From Clostridiales bacterium PH28_bin88 (lineage in GTDB: Bacteria; Bacillota; PH28-bin88), in NCBI GenBank assembly GCA_000987045.1, contig LAKY01000064.1:1514-65513 (forward strand): a stretch of DNA of 64,000 bases. Reading direction: 5' to 3'. Under the pieces are notes generated by a model. The model did not search any database and was not told where the DNA came from. It worked only from the letters and a program-made list of their open reading frames with translations. The stretch's first letter is position 1; each line of letters starts with the position of its first letter. Positions 35,066-44,707 of the stretch are shown in pieces. The translations under genes and the position numbers were made by a program.

Positions 35066-35257
35066 TGCGTTTAAGTTGTTGTTGAACAATATTATCTTGT
35101 GTTGAAAGGCGCGTCCCGTCTAGCTTTTCGCCAAATGTCGTTTTTTGCGTGTTGCTTTTTCCACGGATTTGCGAGCGGATTGTGCCCCGGATTGTGCCCG
35201 AACTCTACCCGCGAAGAATTGCACTACTGCCTGCTGCTCCCTGGAATGAGTGAAAGC

Positions 35258-35287
35258 GCCTGTCGTGCGACGGGCTTTTTGTTTTAG
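35258..35287 (+). terminator. Possible orphan hairpin with a T-run
   Basis: gCCTGTC-gtgc-GACGGGc followed by tttttgtttt. No convincing plus-strand gene lies upstream. Confidence 0.3.
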
Positions 35288-35587
35288 TAAACATGCTTAT
35301 TGGTAGGTTAGGAATGAATCATGTATCTCTGGTCGGTAGGCTGGCAGGTGACCCAGGCTTGCACTATACTAAGGTAGTACCATCCTCCCGTCCCCTTTCC
35401 GCGTTTCCGACGGGCCGCCGAAACGCGGAAAGGATGTGAACGACTACCTGAAAATGATAATTACAAAGAATCCAGTGCACGAATGATAAAAAATTTACAT
35501 CCATCAGCTTTCCTTTGCAATGTATACAAATACACTCTAACACGGTATAATATAGAGTGTAATTGTACTGCAAAAGGGGGGTACATA

Positions 35588-36181
35588 ATGGACAATCTCG
35601 AAAAAATTCAAGAAATGCTCGCGCAAAACAATGGAATAATCACCGCTTCACAGGTCACGGAGGCCAATATACCCAGACATTATCTGAAAAAAATGCTGGA
35701 CATGGAGCTTTTAACCAAAATTGACCGGGGGATTTATATGAAGCCGGAAATGTTGGAAGATGAAATGTATGTGTTACAGTACAAGTACAGCAGAGGCATT
35801 TTCTCCCATGAAACGGCCTTGTATATTCACGGCCTTACGGACAGAACGCCCATGAAATATACCATGACATTTCCCTATGGGTATCATGTGCATTCCCTGA
35901 AACAAGAAAACGTCAAAATTAAAAAATCCGTTGAAGATTTGTACCAACTCGGATTGACCTGTGGCGTTTCGCCCTATGGTAATCCGATCCGTCTGTACGA
36001 TGTGGAACGGACGCTTTGCGATATCGTCAAAGGGAATAACACCTGTGACATCCAGATAGTCAATCAGGCGATGAAGCAATACGCAAGAATGCCGGGGAAG
36101 AATATCACGCAGCTTTTTGATTATGCCGAGAAAGTGCGGGTAAAGCCTAAAATACTGAACTATATGGAGGTTTTGCTATGA
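35588..36181 (+). CDS. abiEi: AbiEi-family antitoxin (type IV TA system)
   Basis: ATG at 35588 with an AAGGGGGG RBS. MDNLEKIQEMLAQNNGIITASQVTEANIPRHYLKKMLDMELLTKIDRGIY... is a winged-helix N-domain typical of AbiEi_4. The stop overlaps the next start (ATGA). Confidence 0.75.
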   Translation: MDNLEKIQEMLAQNNGIITASQVTEANIPRHYLKKMLDMELLTKIDRGIYMKPEMLEDEMYVLQYKYSRGIFSHETALYIHGLTDRTPMKYTMTFPYGYHVHSLKQENVKIKKSVEDLYQLGLTCGVSPYGNPIRLYDVERTLCDIVKGNNTCDIQIVNQAMKQYARMPGKNITQLFDYAEKVRVKPKILNYMEVLL

Positions 36182-36335
36182 GAACGAACAATCCAATGCA
36201 ATTAAAATCATATATAAAAAAGATGGCCGCCGAAAAAAACATTTCCGCCCAGCTTGTCATGCAGAACTACATGCTGGAACGGTTGTTGGAACGTATTTCC
36301 TTATCCAAATATCAATCCAATCTGATCTTGAGTCA
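36178..36335 (+). pseudogene. abiEii: AbiEii/AbiGii nucleotidyltransferase toxin, truncated after about 50 codons
   Basis: MRTNNPMQLKSYIKKMAAEKNISAQLVMQNYMLERLLERISLSKYQSNLIL matches the family N-terminus. Similarity stops before the expected ILKGG, exactly where the convergent FG-GAP gene ends. Confidence 0.65.
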
Positions 36336-38128
36336 TTCTTCAAGAGCGAGTGGCCGAGTAATTTCTAGCAGCTTACCGTTCCGGTACTGGTAGTAGTGCG
36401 GCTCCACCGGCTGGCCGGCCAACCATTTCCCAGCCTCCACCCAGATCCGGCCGCCCTCTACATTGAGATAGGCGTAAGTGTTTTCAGTAGCCTTGGCCAC
36501 GTCCGCCATCTCATAGTGGTCCCCTTTCCAGCGGTAGATCCATACGTAGCCGGGCAGGCTGCCACCAGGTCCTCCCGGCCATCGCCGTCCAGGTCCCCCT
36601 CCCAGGGGGTGCCCATGGCGAGGAGCTTTACCCAGCGGTTTTTCCCCGCGTCGTAGCCGATGATTTTCATTTCCCCGTAGGCGGCGCCCATCCCGCCAGT
36701 GATCACCAGTTCGTTCCGGCCATCACCGTTCTTGTCCGCAGCCACGACGCTCACCCCGTCCAAGCCGTAGGAACCGGCTATCCCCAGGTCATAAGTGTCG
36801 CCGCCGGCTTCCAGGAGGGCCCGCACCTCTCCCTGCCGCTCCGGCCCGGTCTGCATATAAAGGCGCACCACCACTTTACCCTGCCCGCTCACGTCGTCCA
36901 GGGGCACGGTTTTCCGCTCCTCCCAGCCCTTTTCCGGCTTTCCAGCCAGCAGTGCTTCCACCGGGAGCGCTGTGAATTCCAGTTCGATCGGTGTGCTAGC
37001 TAGTTTTTCCGGGGTGTAGGAAACCACGAAGCGCAAGCTCCGTGCTATGCCCTCGATATGCTGCCGGTCAGCGGCCAGGATCAGATACTGATACGTGCCC
37101 CTGCCTACCTGGACAGGAGCAGGCGGCCGGATAACCAGCGCCGCCAGGCTCTGCATTTCCGGCGGCTGATCCATCGAAGGCCAGATCAGGCGTCCCTCCT
37201 GGCCATCCACCTGTATTTTCTGCACCTTCCGCTTTGATCCATAGGGGAATAGCTTGTGCTGAGCCTCGTCTGCGGCAACTTCATCGATGCTTATTTCCCC
37301 GGCCGATATGGCCTGAACTTGAAAAAAGCCGTCGCTCCCGCTGTACCTCTCGTCATAGCCGGGGTCTTTTCGCCATGTGGCGGGGTACTTCAAGGTGATG
37401 TGATAATCGTCGTTGGTATAAGATTGCCAGACGCCAGCACTGCCCGCCTCTCCGGAATCGGTCCCGGTATTCGCCCCCTGCTTCACGTCAACAGTTTCCG
37501 CGAAGAGAACCTGACCATTAACGCCCTTTCCCCTGATCTCATAGGTATCACCGCCGGGTTGGCCCAATGCGGCGTACCAGATGCGCATATCCCCGCTCAG
37601 GCCCGACTTCTTGCCGGCTACTATCACCTTGGCCTGCTTTTCGTCACCCTTTTGCGCATCGATTACTGAGATATATTTAATACCAGGGTCCTTCACCTCG
37701 CCGTAGAATAAGGGAAGCGGCGTGGCCTGGTCCCCGTCGTCCGGGAGGAATTCTCCGTAAAGTTTCTGTTCAAGGCCGGAAGAGTACGCGCCACCTTTGT
37801 AGAACATCTTCCACCCTCTCAGCGTTTGTTGCAGGTACTCCACTCCCAGTTCCGACTGCACTCCCTCCCGGCCTCCGCCGATTCGTGGCAGGTAAAAAAC
37901 CAGTACCCCCCGGGCGGTCTTCTCTTGCGCCAGGATGAGCGAAACGTTCCGGCCGCCTTTTTCAAGCGCCTCCGCGATTGTACGGCCGTAAACAGGTGGC
38001 GCGGCGGAGGCGCCAACCCTGTCCTTGGTCAGGGTGACGACCCCCACCAGGAAGATGACCACCAAACCGGCAGCCGCCCATTTCCATGAACTTTTCTGGA
38101 AGAGTTTAATTATGGTTATGCATTTCAT
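36333..38128 (-). pseudogene. Membrane-anchored FG-GAP/VCBS-repeat protein with a 13-nt deletion (paralog of 63000..63944)
   Basis: The main frame stops at 36458. The last 75 codons (LPGYVWIYRWKGDHYEMADV...EPHYYQYRNGKLLEITRPLALEE*) continue in another frame to 36333. The span is 1796 nt, and adding 13 nt gives a multiple of 3. The paralog has gccggaggttgcc where this copy has a gap near 36568. Confidence 0.65.
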
Positions 38129-38821
38129 GTTACTTCTTACCTGCCAATGTCGAAACCGAGCGTCCCGGCAACAAGCCGGCAATAAGGGCTACAATGAGGA
38201 TTAGCGTTTGGAAGCCATACGTTATAACTCGCATTTAATTTCACTTCCTAAAAGCTAAAGTAGAGATTTAGGCGTTGAACACCAAAGTATGCACCCAACG
38301 CCAAGTATATTCCTACAAAGATTAGACGCAAAAACAGGCGGCATCGTTCCGCTCCCACAGAAAAATCTTCGCGACACCTTCCAATAGCGCGAGAAACTTT
38401 ACCAGGTCATTACCACCGTCTCCTTTGCCATCGAGCGGGAATGAACTGAAGGCGCGGGCGGAGACACCACAAATAACTATAATTAACCCTCTCAGGAGCT
38501 TCCCCCCTGAAGGCCAATAGCCAGGGCCGGGCAGGCTTTTCGTCTTATCACCCGAAAATCTCCGCTGGAAATCTTGCAATGATATGTAGGGTTAAAATCA
38601 ATTTTTAAGAATATGAGCCAACAAACCTATGATCCTTATAAAGCTTTTTATCCCCCCTGCTAAAATGCCACCAGAAGACCGCCGGCAGGGCGGTCTTTTG
38701 GTGTAGTGCCAGTGATCCCCATAGTGTGGATCACGTTACAGTCCGGTGTACCGTCCGCTTATTATTGCAGGCCATAACATCACCTGGCGAAGCGTAGGCT
38801 AACGACTCGCTGGTGAAAAGG

Positions 38822-39880
38822 TTAACGGGCAGTGGGTCTTTTCAGCCCGAACCGGACTGGCTGCTGCAACAGCCGCATGGTGGCCAGGTAGGCCAGACCC
38901 CCGGCGATTAACGCTCCAACGTAATAGGTAATAAGGTCTGGTAGGTCACCAGTCCTGGACGACCCTACGGTGCTGATAAACCCACCCAACATGGCAAAGC
39001 AGAGGGTAATGCCGGCGCTAAAGAAGGTACGCATGGAGGGGAATACTAACAGTCGTCCGTTGTACTCCAGCCTGTTTTTTCCGTAAAGATACGCTCCCCA
39101 GGTCAGAAAGACGGCTACAAAGCCCAGGTTGATGGCCGATATCCGCCACAGCGGGGTGAGCATCTCACTCCAACCGGTGACTGGGATAAAGTGTGTCAAT
39201 AAACTGAGCTTCCCCAATAAATTCAGGTTGTTCATGGTAGCGCTTAAACCTGGGATTTGCCAGGGTAAAACGTCAGCATGAACGGAGAGCAATTGGCTCA
39301 CCAGGATCATTACCCCCACCAGAAAAATGGCGAAGATCAGGCTGAAGGCTGCTTGAAAGGCCGGCCCGCCGGACAGAGTCCCTAAAAATAGCGTCAGGGT
39401 GTACAGGGCCAGAGAGGATAAGATCAAGTGCAGTCCAAAGGCCCAGAGATCTTCTCTTGGATATATGTTCAGATAGGCTTTGACCGGAGAAGCCTGTATT
39501 AGAAGGTAGCTGATCAGGCGGTTGACGGCCAGGGCAATGGTAAGCGCCAGGGCTCCCAGGCCCCACTTGGTTAAATAGATCGTGCCGCGGGAATAGGGCA
39601 GGGAAAAGGTGAAATTATCCTGGTTGTTGCTTCGTTCCGCCCCAATCTGCAGGCATCCCAGGGTAATGACTAACAACGGCAAAAGGAAAGTTAGCCTACC
39701 GGCCAAACTCACTGACTGCGGGAAAACTTGGCCCATGTCCACTAATTTTTCGATGTTGCCCAGTCGCTGCATCACCTGCAGGGGCAAAAGGAAAAAGAGC
39801 ACGGCGAAAATTCCCCACAAGAGGCCCTGCACTTGTTTATACTCTTTAAGCCACAAGGCTTTAATGATCAAGGTTTTCAC
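38822..39880 (-). CDS. ABC-2-type transporter permease
   Basis: 352 aa, polytopic (at least 8 hydrophobic segments). The start overlaps the ATPase gene end by 20 nt. Confidence 0.6.
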   Translation of the reverse strand: MKTLIIKALWLKEYKQVQGLLWGIFAVLFFLLPLQVMQRLGNIEKLVDMGQVFPQSVSLAGRLTFLLPLLVITLGCLQIGAERSNNQDNFTFSLPYSRGTIYLTKWGLGALALTIALAVNRLISYLLIQASPVKAYLNIYPREDLWAFGLHLILSSLALYTLTLFLGTLSGGPAFQAAFSLIFAIFLVGVMILVSQLLSVHADVLPWQIPGLSATMNNLNLLGKLSLLTHFIPVTGWSEMLTPLWRISAINLGFVAVFLTWGAYLYGKNRLEYNGRLLVFPSMRTFFSAGITLCFAMLGGFISTVGSSRTGDLPDLITYYVGALIAGGLAYLATMRLLQQPVRFGLKRPTAR

Positions 39881-40745
39881 CCCCCAGTTTGCTTACGAAA
39901 AGGTCCTCCAGGTGCAAGGGCAGCTGGTCAATCAACAGCGGCCCGCTGGCCTCGATCTCAGCGGTGGTGCTTTCCACCTCATCTTCGATCAAAATGGTGT
40001 AGATCCGGCCGGATTGGGCCAACAGGTGAACATTGGGCCGTTTGATGATAGACTCAGGCATTTGCTCCTCGTAAACCACCTGCAGCTTGCGGTAGCGCTC
40101 TTTAACCGCCATCAGATCGGTGACGGATTCCACCGCGCCATTTTTCAGGAAGATCACCTGGTCACAGATGGCCTGCAGTTCTTCCAGCCGGTGCGAGGAG
40201 ATCAGCACTGCCGGTTTGCGTTCGGCCACCTCCTGCACAATCAGCTGCAGGCACTGCTTTTTATAGATCGGGTCCAGTCCTTCGGTGGGCTCGTCCAGGA
40301 GAACCGCCTCCGTCCTGGCGGCAAAGGCCAGGGCCAGGTAAAACAGGGCCTTCATCCCTTTGGAAAAATAACGCACCTTCTTGGTCAAGGGCAGGCCAAA
40401 CCGCCGCAGCCAGTCCCCCAGCACGCCGTGATCAAAATTGGGGTAGACCTGGCTGTAGAGCCGGGTGATCTGTTGGATGGAATAGTTTTGCAGCAGGTCT
40501 TTGGCGTCCGGAACAAACAAGATATGGACTTTTTCCGCCGGATGCTGATGAATGTTTTGCCCCTGATAACGCACCTCCCCATCGTCGGGCAGGAGGATCC
40601 CCATCATGGTTCTCAGCAGCGTGGTTTTACCGGCCCCGTTGCGACCGATGAGGCCCGTGATGGTTCCAGGAACAATGGCAAAGGAAACATCGTCTAAAAT
40701 AGTTGTCTGGTCGATGATCTTGCCCAGGTGTGTAACTTCAAGCAT
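39861..40745 (-). CDS. ABC transporter ATP-binding protein
   Basis: Walker A GRNGAGKTT, signature FSKGMK, Walker B VLLDEPTEGLD. Confidence 0.85.
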   Translation of the reverse strand: MLEVTHLGKIIDQTTILDDVSFAIVPGTITGLIGRNGAGKTTLLRTMMGILLPDDGEVRYQGQNIHQHPAEKVHILFVPDAKDLLQNYSIQQITRLYSQVYPNFDHGVLGDWLRRFGLPLTKKVRYFSKGMKALFYLALAFAARTEAVLLDEPTEGLDPIYKKQCLQLIVQEVAERKPAVLISSHRLEELQAICDQVIFLKNGAVESVTDLMAVKERYRKLQVVYEEQMPESIIKRPNVHLLAQSGRIYTILIEDEVESTTAEIEASGPLLIDQLPLHLEDLFVSKLGGENLDH

Positions 40746-41136
40746 CTTTACCCCCTCCTAGCTTTTCAAATTCCTCCTGTAGCCAACTTTGGATCTCCGG
40801 CAGACTTAAACCCGCATAAATGGCGTCAATGACCATCCGCTGTAATTGCTCCTTGATTGCCGCCCGGTAGCGAGGGTCCGGCATGTTGGACATCGCTTCA
40901 GCCATAAAAGTCCCCTTGCCCTGCCTGGTTTCGATCACCCCTTGACGTTCTAACTCCTGGTAGGCCTTGCTGACTGTATTGGGGTTGGCAATGATCATGG
41001 CTGACAGTTCCCGCACCGATGGCAGCTTTTCTCCTGGGCGTAGAACCCCGCGCAAGCGCAGCTCTTTTATTTTCCAGATAATCTGCTCATAGATGGCCAC
41101 GTTGCTCTTGTCATCTATCTGGAACACCTCTCTCAC
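40738..41136 (-). CDS. GntR-family (YtrA-subfamily) transcriptional regulator
   Basis: 132 aa. IYEQIIWKIKELRLRGVLRPGEKLPSVRELSAMIIANPNTVSKAYQELERQGVIETRQGKGTF is a GntR winged HTH. A short C-terminal domain indicates the YtrA type. Confidence 0.85.
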   Translation of the reverse strand: MREVFQIDDKSNVAIYEQIIWKIKELRLRGVLRPGEKLPSVRELSAMIIANPNTVSKAYQELERQGVIETRQGKGTFMAEAMSNMPDPRYRAAIKEQLQRMVIDAIYAGLSLPEIQSWLQEEFEKLGGGKDA

Positions 41137-41166
41137 CTCCCGATCTATTTTGACCGAAACTTAACT

Positions 41167-41193
41167 ACGTGTACTATTTTAAATAGTACACGT
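41167..41193. promoter_or_regulatory. 27-bp perfect palindrome; likely YtrA-type operator
   Basis: ACGTGTACTATTT-t-AAATAGTACACGT, 31 nt upstream of the GntR start. Confidence 0.6.
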
Positions 41194-41236
41194 GGAACTG
41201 TCAAGCAAATGTGGGGAATAGTCTAATACAGGCTCC

Positions 41237-41653
41237 TCACGGTGACCACCTTGCCCAAGCGTAGGGAACCAAAGGGCAAAGGGCATCGTTATAAGATTTG
41301 CAAATCCTTACGGGAAGACCGGAAAGTGGAGCATGCGCAGGCTTTGGGGAGCAGTAGTCCTGTTTTCTCTTGTAACCCTGGTGCTTATTTCTGGGGATAT
41401 ATTTTATAAGAAGCATCAGGGCGGTTTGGGGCGGCTGGCACCTGGTGAAGGCCGCTGGATCAGGCCGCTTCTTCCTGCAGAGCGTCCACTCCAGGGCTTT
41501 TCTCTCTTCATTGGTTTTGAACACTTCCCCTTTTGTATCAAAAAAATAATATTCCGGGACTGTACCGATGCCTAATTCAGGATAACGTGATTTAGCCCTT
41601 TCTAAAGTGAGTAGCGTTGCCCCGTAAAGTTCCTTGCCTGCTTCTTTCAACAT
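41237..41653 (-). CDS. Hypothetical protein; the N-terminal 60 aa look like the tail of a thioredoxin-fold protein and the rest is low quality
   Basis: 138-aa ORF. ...YPELGIGTVPEYYFFDTKGEVFKTNEERKALEW resembles the C-terminal strand-helix of a TlpA-like redoxin. No CxxC motif. Probably decayed. Confidence 0.3.
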   Translation of the reverse strand: MLKEAGKELYGATLLTLERAKSRYPELGIGTVPEYYFFDTKGEVFKTNEERKALEWTLCRKKRPDPAAFTRCQPPQTALMLLIKYIPRNKHQGYKRKQDYCSPKPAHAPLSGLPVRICKSYNDALCPLVPYAWARWSP

Positions 41654-41654
41654 T

Positions 41655-41870
41655 TCAGGGTAATTGACTTCTTTCTTTATCGACGTACAGAAAATTATAC
41701 TTCTCTTCCCTTCCCGACAATAACTCTGGGTAAGGAAAATTGGCTGAGAAACAAGCCGTTACCAACAAAGCCAGCAAGATCAAGCTCGCTGTCAAGCCAA
41801 TTTGGAGCAACATTTTTTTCCTTGCTATACCCTTTTTGACTGCCAAGTCTTTCTCACCCACCTCAAGCAT
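41655..41870 (-). CDS. Putative lipoprotein fragment
   Basis: 71 aa with signal and lipobox (LLALLVTAC). The stop is 1 nt before the next ORF's ATG, so the two may be halves of one disrupted gene. Confidence 0.3.
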   Translation of the reverse strand: MLEVGEKDLAVKKGIARKKMLLQIGLTASLILLALLVTACFSANFPYPELLSGREEKYNFLYVDKERSQLP

Positions 41871-41981
41871 GGATTTCCCTGATGCTTACTGCGCTTTAGG
41901 CCCTCCCACATCCCTGCGACCGGAAGATAATAAGTCCAATTTCAGCCGTCTTGCTTTTCATAGGCCCATACAGTTCTTTTC

Positions 41982-42730
41982 TTATTCATAACCTTTTGCT
42001 GTTGCCACCAACAAATCCCGCAGGGCTACCTCCAAGCCTGGATAGCGGAATGAATAACCGGCGCGAAGGGCGCGCTCCGGTAGCACCCGCTGGCCGGTAA
42101 GGATCATGTCAGCCATCTCTCCCAGGGCCAGCCGCAGCAAGCCAGCCGGGAGGCGCAGGCGGGAGGGCCGCCGTAGCACCCGCCCTAGGGTACTGGCCAG
42201 TTCCTCCATGCGCACGGGCTGAGGCGCGGTGACGTTGAGCGGGCCGGATACCCCCTCCTCCTCAAGGGCAAAGCGAATGAGGCCCAGGGCGTCCGCCAGG
42301 TGCACCCAGGATACCCACTGCTGGCCGGAGCCCAGGGGGCCACCCAGGTAGAAGTGGAAAGGACGGACCAGGCGGGGCAGGCTGCCCCCCTCCCGGTCCA
42401 GGACGAGGCCAAAACGCAGGCGCACCACCCGCATGCCCAGGTCTTCCGCCCGGCAGGCCTCCTCTTCCCAGGCCCGGCACACCTGGGCCAGGAAATCGTC
42501 GCCAGGGCCGTCCTCTTCCGTCAATTCCTCGTCGCCATGCGGTCCGTAATAGCCCACGGCGGAGGCGCTTACCAGCACTTTCGGCCGCTCCCCAGCCCCG
42601 GCCATACAGAGCACCAGGTTCCGGGTAACCTCCCGCCGGCTGGCCATGATCCGCTCTTTCCGGTTCGCGGTCCAGCGGCCGGCGGGGTGGCCGGGGATGG
42701 GGTCTCTCCCGGGATGGCCGGCAGGTTCTG
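41982..42730 (-). pseudogene. TIGR01777/YfcH-family epimerase lacking the N-terminal Rossmann segment
   Basis: GRWTANRKERIMASRREVTRNLV...VSASAVGYYG...GSGQQWVSWVHLADA...GYSFRYPGLEVALRDLL matches YfcH from about residue 85 onward. No GxxGxxG region is present. The upstream boundary is approximate. Confidence 0.6.
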
Positions 42731-43554
42731 TTCTTGGGAGTACGTCATATCCCCCAGTACCTCCTGGCTACCATCGGGGTTAACCCGGCCGTACCGGAGG
42801 TGGGCCAAAGGCGGTTGGTATTGGAAAAAGACCAGAGGTTTGCCTAAGACTGGCCTTTCCCCACGCTCTTCTTCCACGATTGCTTGCCGCTCGAACTCAC
42901 TAAAGTAGCGAGAAAGGTAGTGGGAAAGAGTGTCGTCGGTCGGCAAAGGGTCTACCTGGCTGGTTAACATGGGCTTGATCAATGCCTGCCAGGTCACGGT
43001 AAACACGCCATTGACCGCTTCCACATATCTGACGTTGTCTCCCTGCCAGTAGTAGTACCTGCCAGCCTCCCCTTCCTGGAAAAAGTAGGTCGGCTGACTT
43101 TCCACTCTCCGGCAATGTTCCGAAAGTAAACATGGGCGTAGCTGAAGGGCTCACCATCAGCGGTGCCGACCTGCATGATGCTGTTATACTCGCCGTCTTC
43201 ATAGAGCACTGTTTGCTGGTGGAGATGGGTCACCTGCAGCCCCTCTCGGAAACCAGTCAGATTAGCTGCTTGACCAGGTGCTACCAGTTGGTCCAGTGCT
43301 GCCTGGTCCCGGGCGAAAAAGGCCACGATAAAACGGCTGGAGAGTTCATCCAAGGTCCTGGCCAGCTCCCAGTAATCCCTTTTACCCAGATCCCCCGGGT
43401 TGAAAAAGACGAAAATCATCTTCTTTGCCAATAGGGATTTGTTGTTTTGTCGTGGTTGTTTCAGACGTTCCAGTTAGTTGAACATAAACGGCCCAGAGCG
43501 ACACCACGAGCACGGTGGCCCACAACCAGTGCCAGACCTTCCATTTCCTCTTCA
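42569..43554 (-). pseudogene. Decayed gene for a membrane-anchored protein, read in three successive frames
   Basis: Signal-anchor ORF from ATG 43554 (MKRKWKVWHWLWATVLVVSLWAVY...). Then ORF 42994..43431. Then ORF 42569..43105, which runs into the YfcH remnant. Sequence continuity across the switches (…RNIAGEWK / ESQPTYFFQEGEAGRYYYWQ…) suggests frameshifts. Confidence 0.35.
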
Positions 43555-43735
43555 TAAGCACCCGGCCCTCCTCCTGTTAAACATTAACCAGTCATGTACC
43601 AAGAACTCTCATTTGCAGCCTGGGACCTACCAGATTCCAGGTAGCACAACCGCCGTTGACGAGGTTAAGCTGTTGTCAACGCCGCCGCGGCCCGCTCCAG
43701 TTCGTAACCGCCGGGGGTGAAAACCCAGAAGAGCA

Positions 43736-44440
43736 TCAGCCGCCAACCGGTTCCACGGAGTAGAGGCCGTAGGAGATACCCTCCCGGGCGAAGGTGTACT
43801 TGACCACCTCTACCACCTGCCCCTCTTGGCCGGGGGAGGGGCGACGGGGCTGCATGTACTGGCGCACCGTCAAGGCGAGGCCGCCGTCAGCGAGGTCTTC
43901 CCGCCGCAGCACCTGGTACCGGCCCGTCCACACCAGCGCCCGCGGCCGCAGGCCGGGGCCGGATACGGGTATGGGCACCAGGTTGCGGGCCGCCACATAG
44001 GGCTGGGCCTGCCACAGCTCCACGGCCAGGTACTTTTGCACGATGTCTTCCGGGGTCCAGGGGGCCACCGGCAAATTAAGTTCCAGACGGTACAAACCAC
44101 TTTTGAAGCCGCTGGCATAAAGGGCGTTTTGTTCCGGGGCGTAGGTCAAGCTCAGACCGTCGTCCAGGCCCCACGACATGGCCTCGCTCACCAGGGCTTC
44201 CAGTTGCCGGCGGCGTTCGGCAAAGCCGTCCGGCAGGGGGGCCAGGGTCCAGCGACGATAATAGTAGGTCCGGTCCCCCTTGATCAACAGGCGCGGCCGG
44301 CCGTCCACGGTTACAGGAACAAAAAGCCAGGGCTCGTCGGGGACGCCGGATAAGGCTACATCGTGCCAGGTGGCCCCGCCATCGGTGGACTTTTTCAGCA
44401 GGTAGCCGCCGGTTTTCCAGTACCTCTGCTGGTGGGAATT
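43736..44440 (-). pseudogene. BNR/Ycf48-like repeat protein fragment (C-terminal part, no start)
   Basis: The open frame extends upstream of the listed ORF: ...RYWKTGGYLLKKSTDGGATWHDVALSGVPDEPWLFVPVTVDGRPRLLIKGD... There is no start codon or signal peptide before the junction at about 44440. Confidence 0.5.
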
Positions 44441-44444
44441 TACC

Positions 44445-44707
44445 CGGGGGAGATCTGGCTGTCCGAGGACGGCGGGGCCACCTGGGAGAAAACCTGGGCC
44501 GACGACCCGGTATTCGGCGGCAACGCGCGGGTGTACGCTCTGGTTAGCGACCCACAGATCCCGGGCCTGGCCTGGGCCGGCCTGGCGGACGACTACGAGG
44601 GGTACGTCTTGCGCAGCGACGACGGCGGCCGCACCTGGGAGCGGGTCTGGCAGGGGGGCGGGGTGATCGATCTCATGCTGGTGGAGGGGTATTTAGCCCA
44701 AGGATAA
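44445..44707 (+). pseudogene. BNR-repeat fragment on the opposite strand (inverted piece)
   Basis: GEIWLSEDGGATWEKTW...VLRSDDGGRTWERVWQGG contains two S/T-x-DGG-x-TW repeats. The listed N-terminal 27 aa are antisense to the minus-strand BNR fragment. Confidence 0.5.

Larger units (their letters stand above)
35020..36335. mobile_element. Decayed integrative element remnant (tRNA half-site, possible integrase tail, AbiE module)
   Basis: AT-rich segment between two GC-rich blocks. It is bounded by the tRNA half and by an abrupt truncation of abiEii at about 36330-36335. No intact integrase is present. Confidence 0.4.

Noticed and set aside
38613-38700. A 16-codon micro-ORF (MSQQTYDPYKAFYPPC) followed by a hairpin (aagaccgcc-ggcag-ggcggtctt, tttt), considered as a possible small peptide or RiPP precursor or sRNA.
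   Set aside because: There is no RBS, no adjacent modification or transport genes on that strand, and the U-tail is short. The evidence is insufficient beyond chance.
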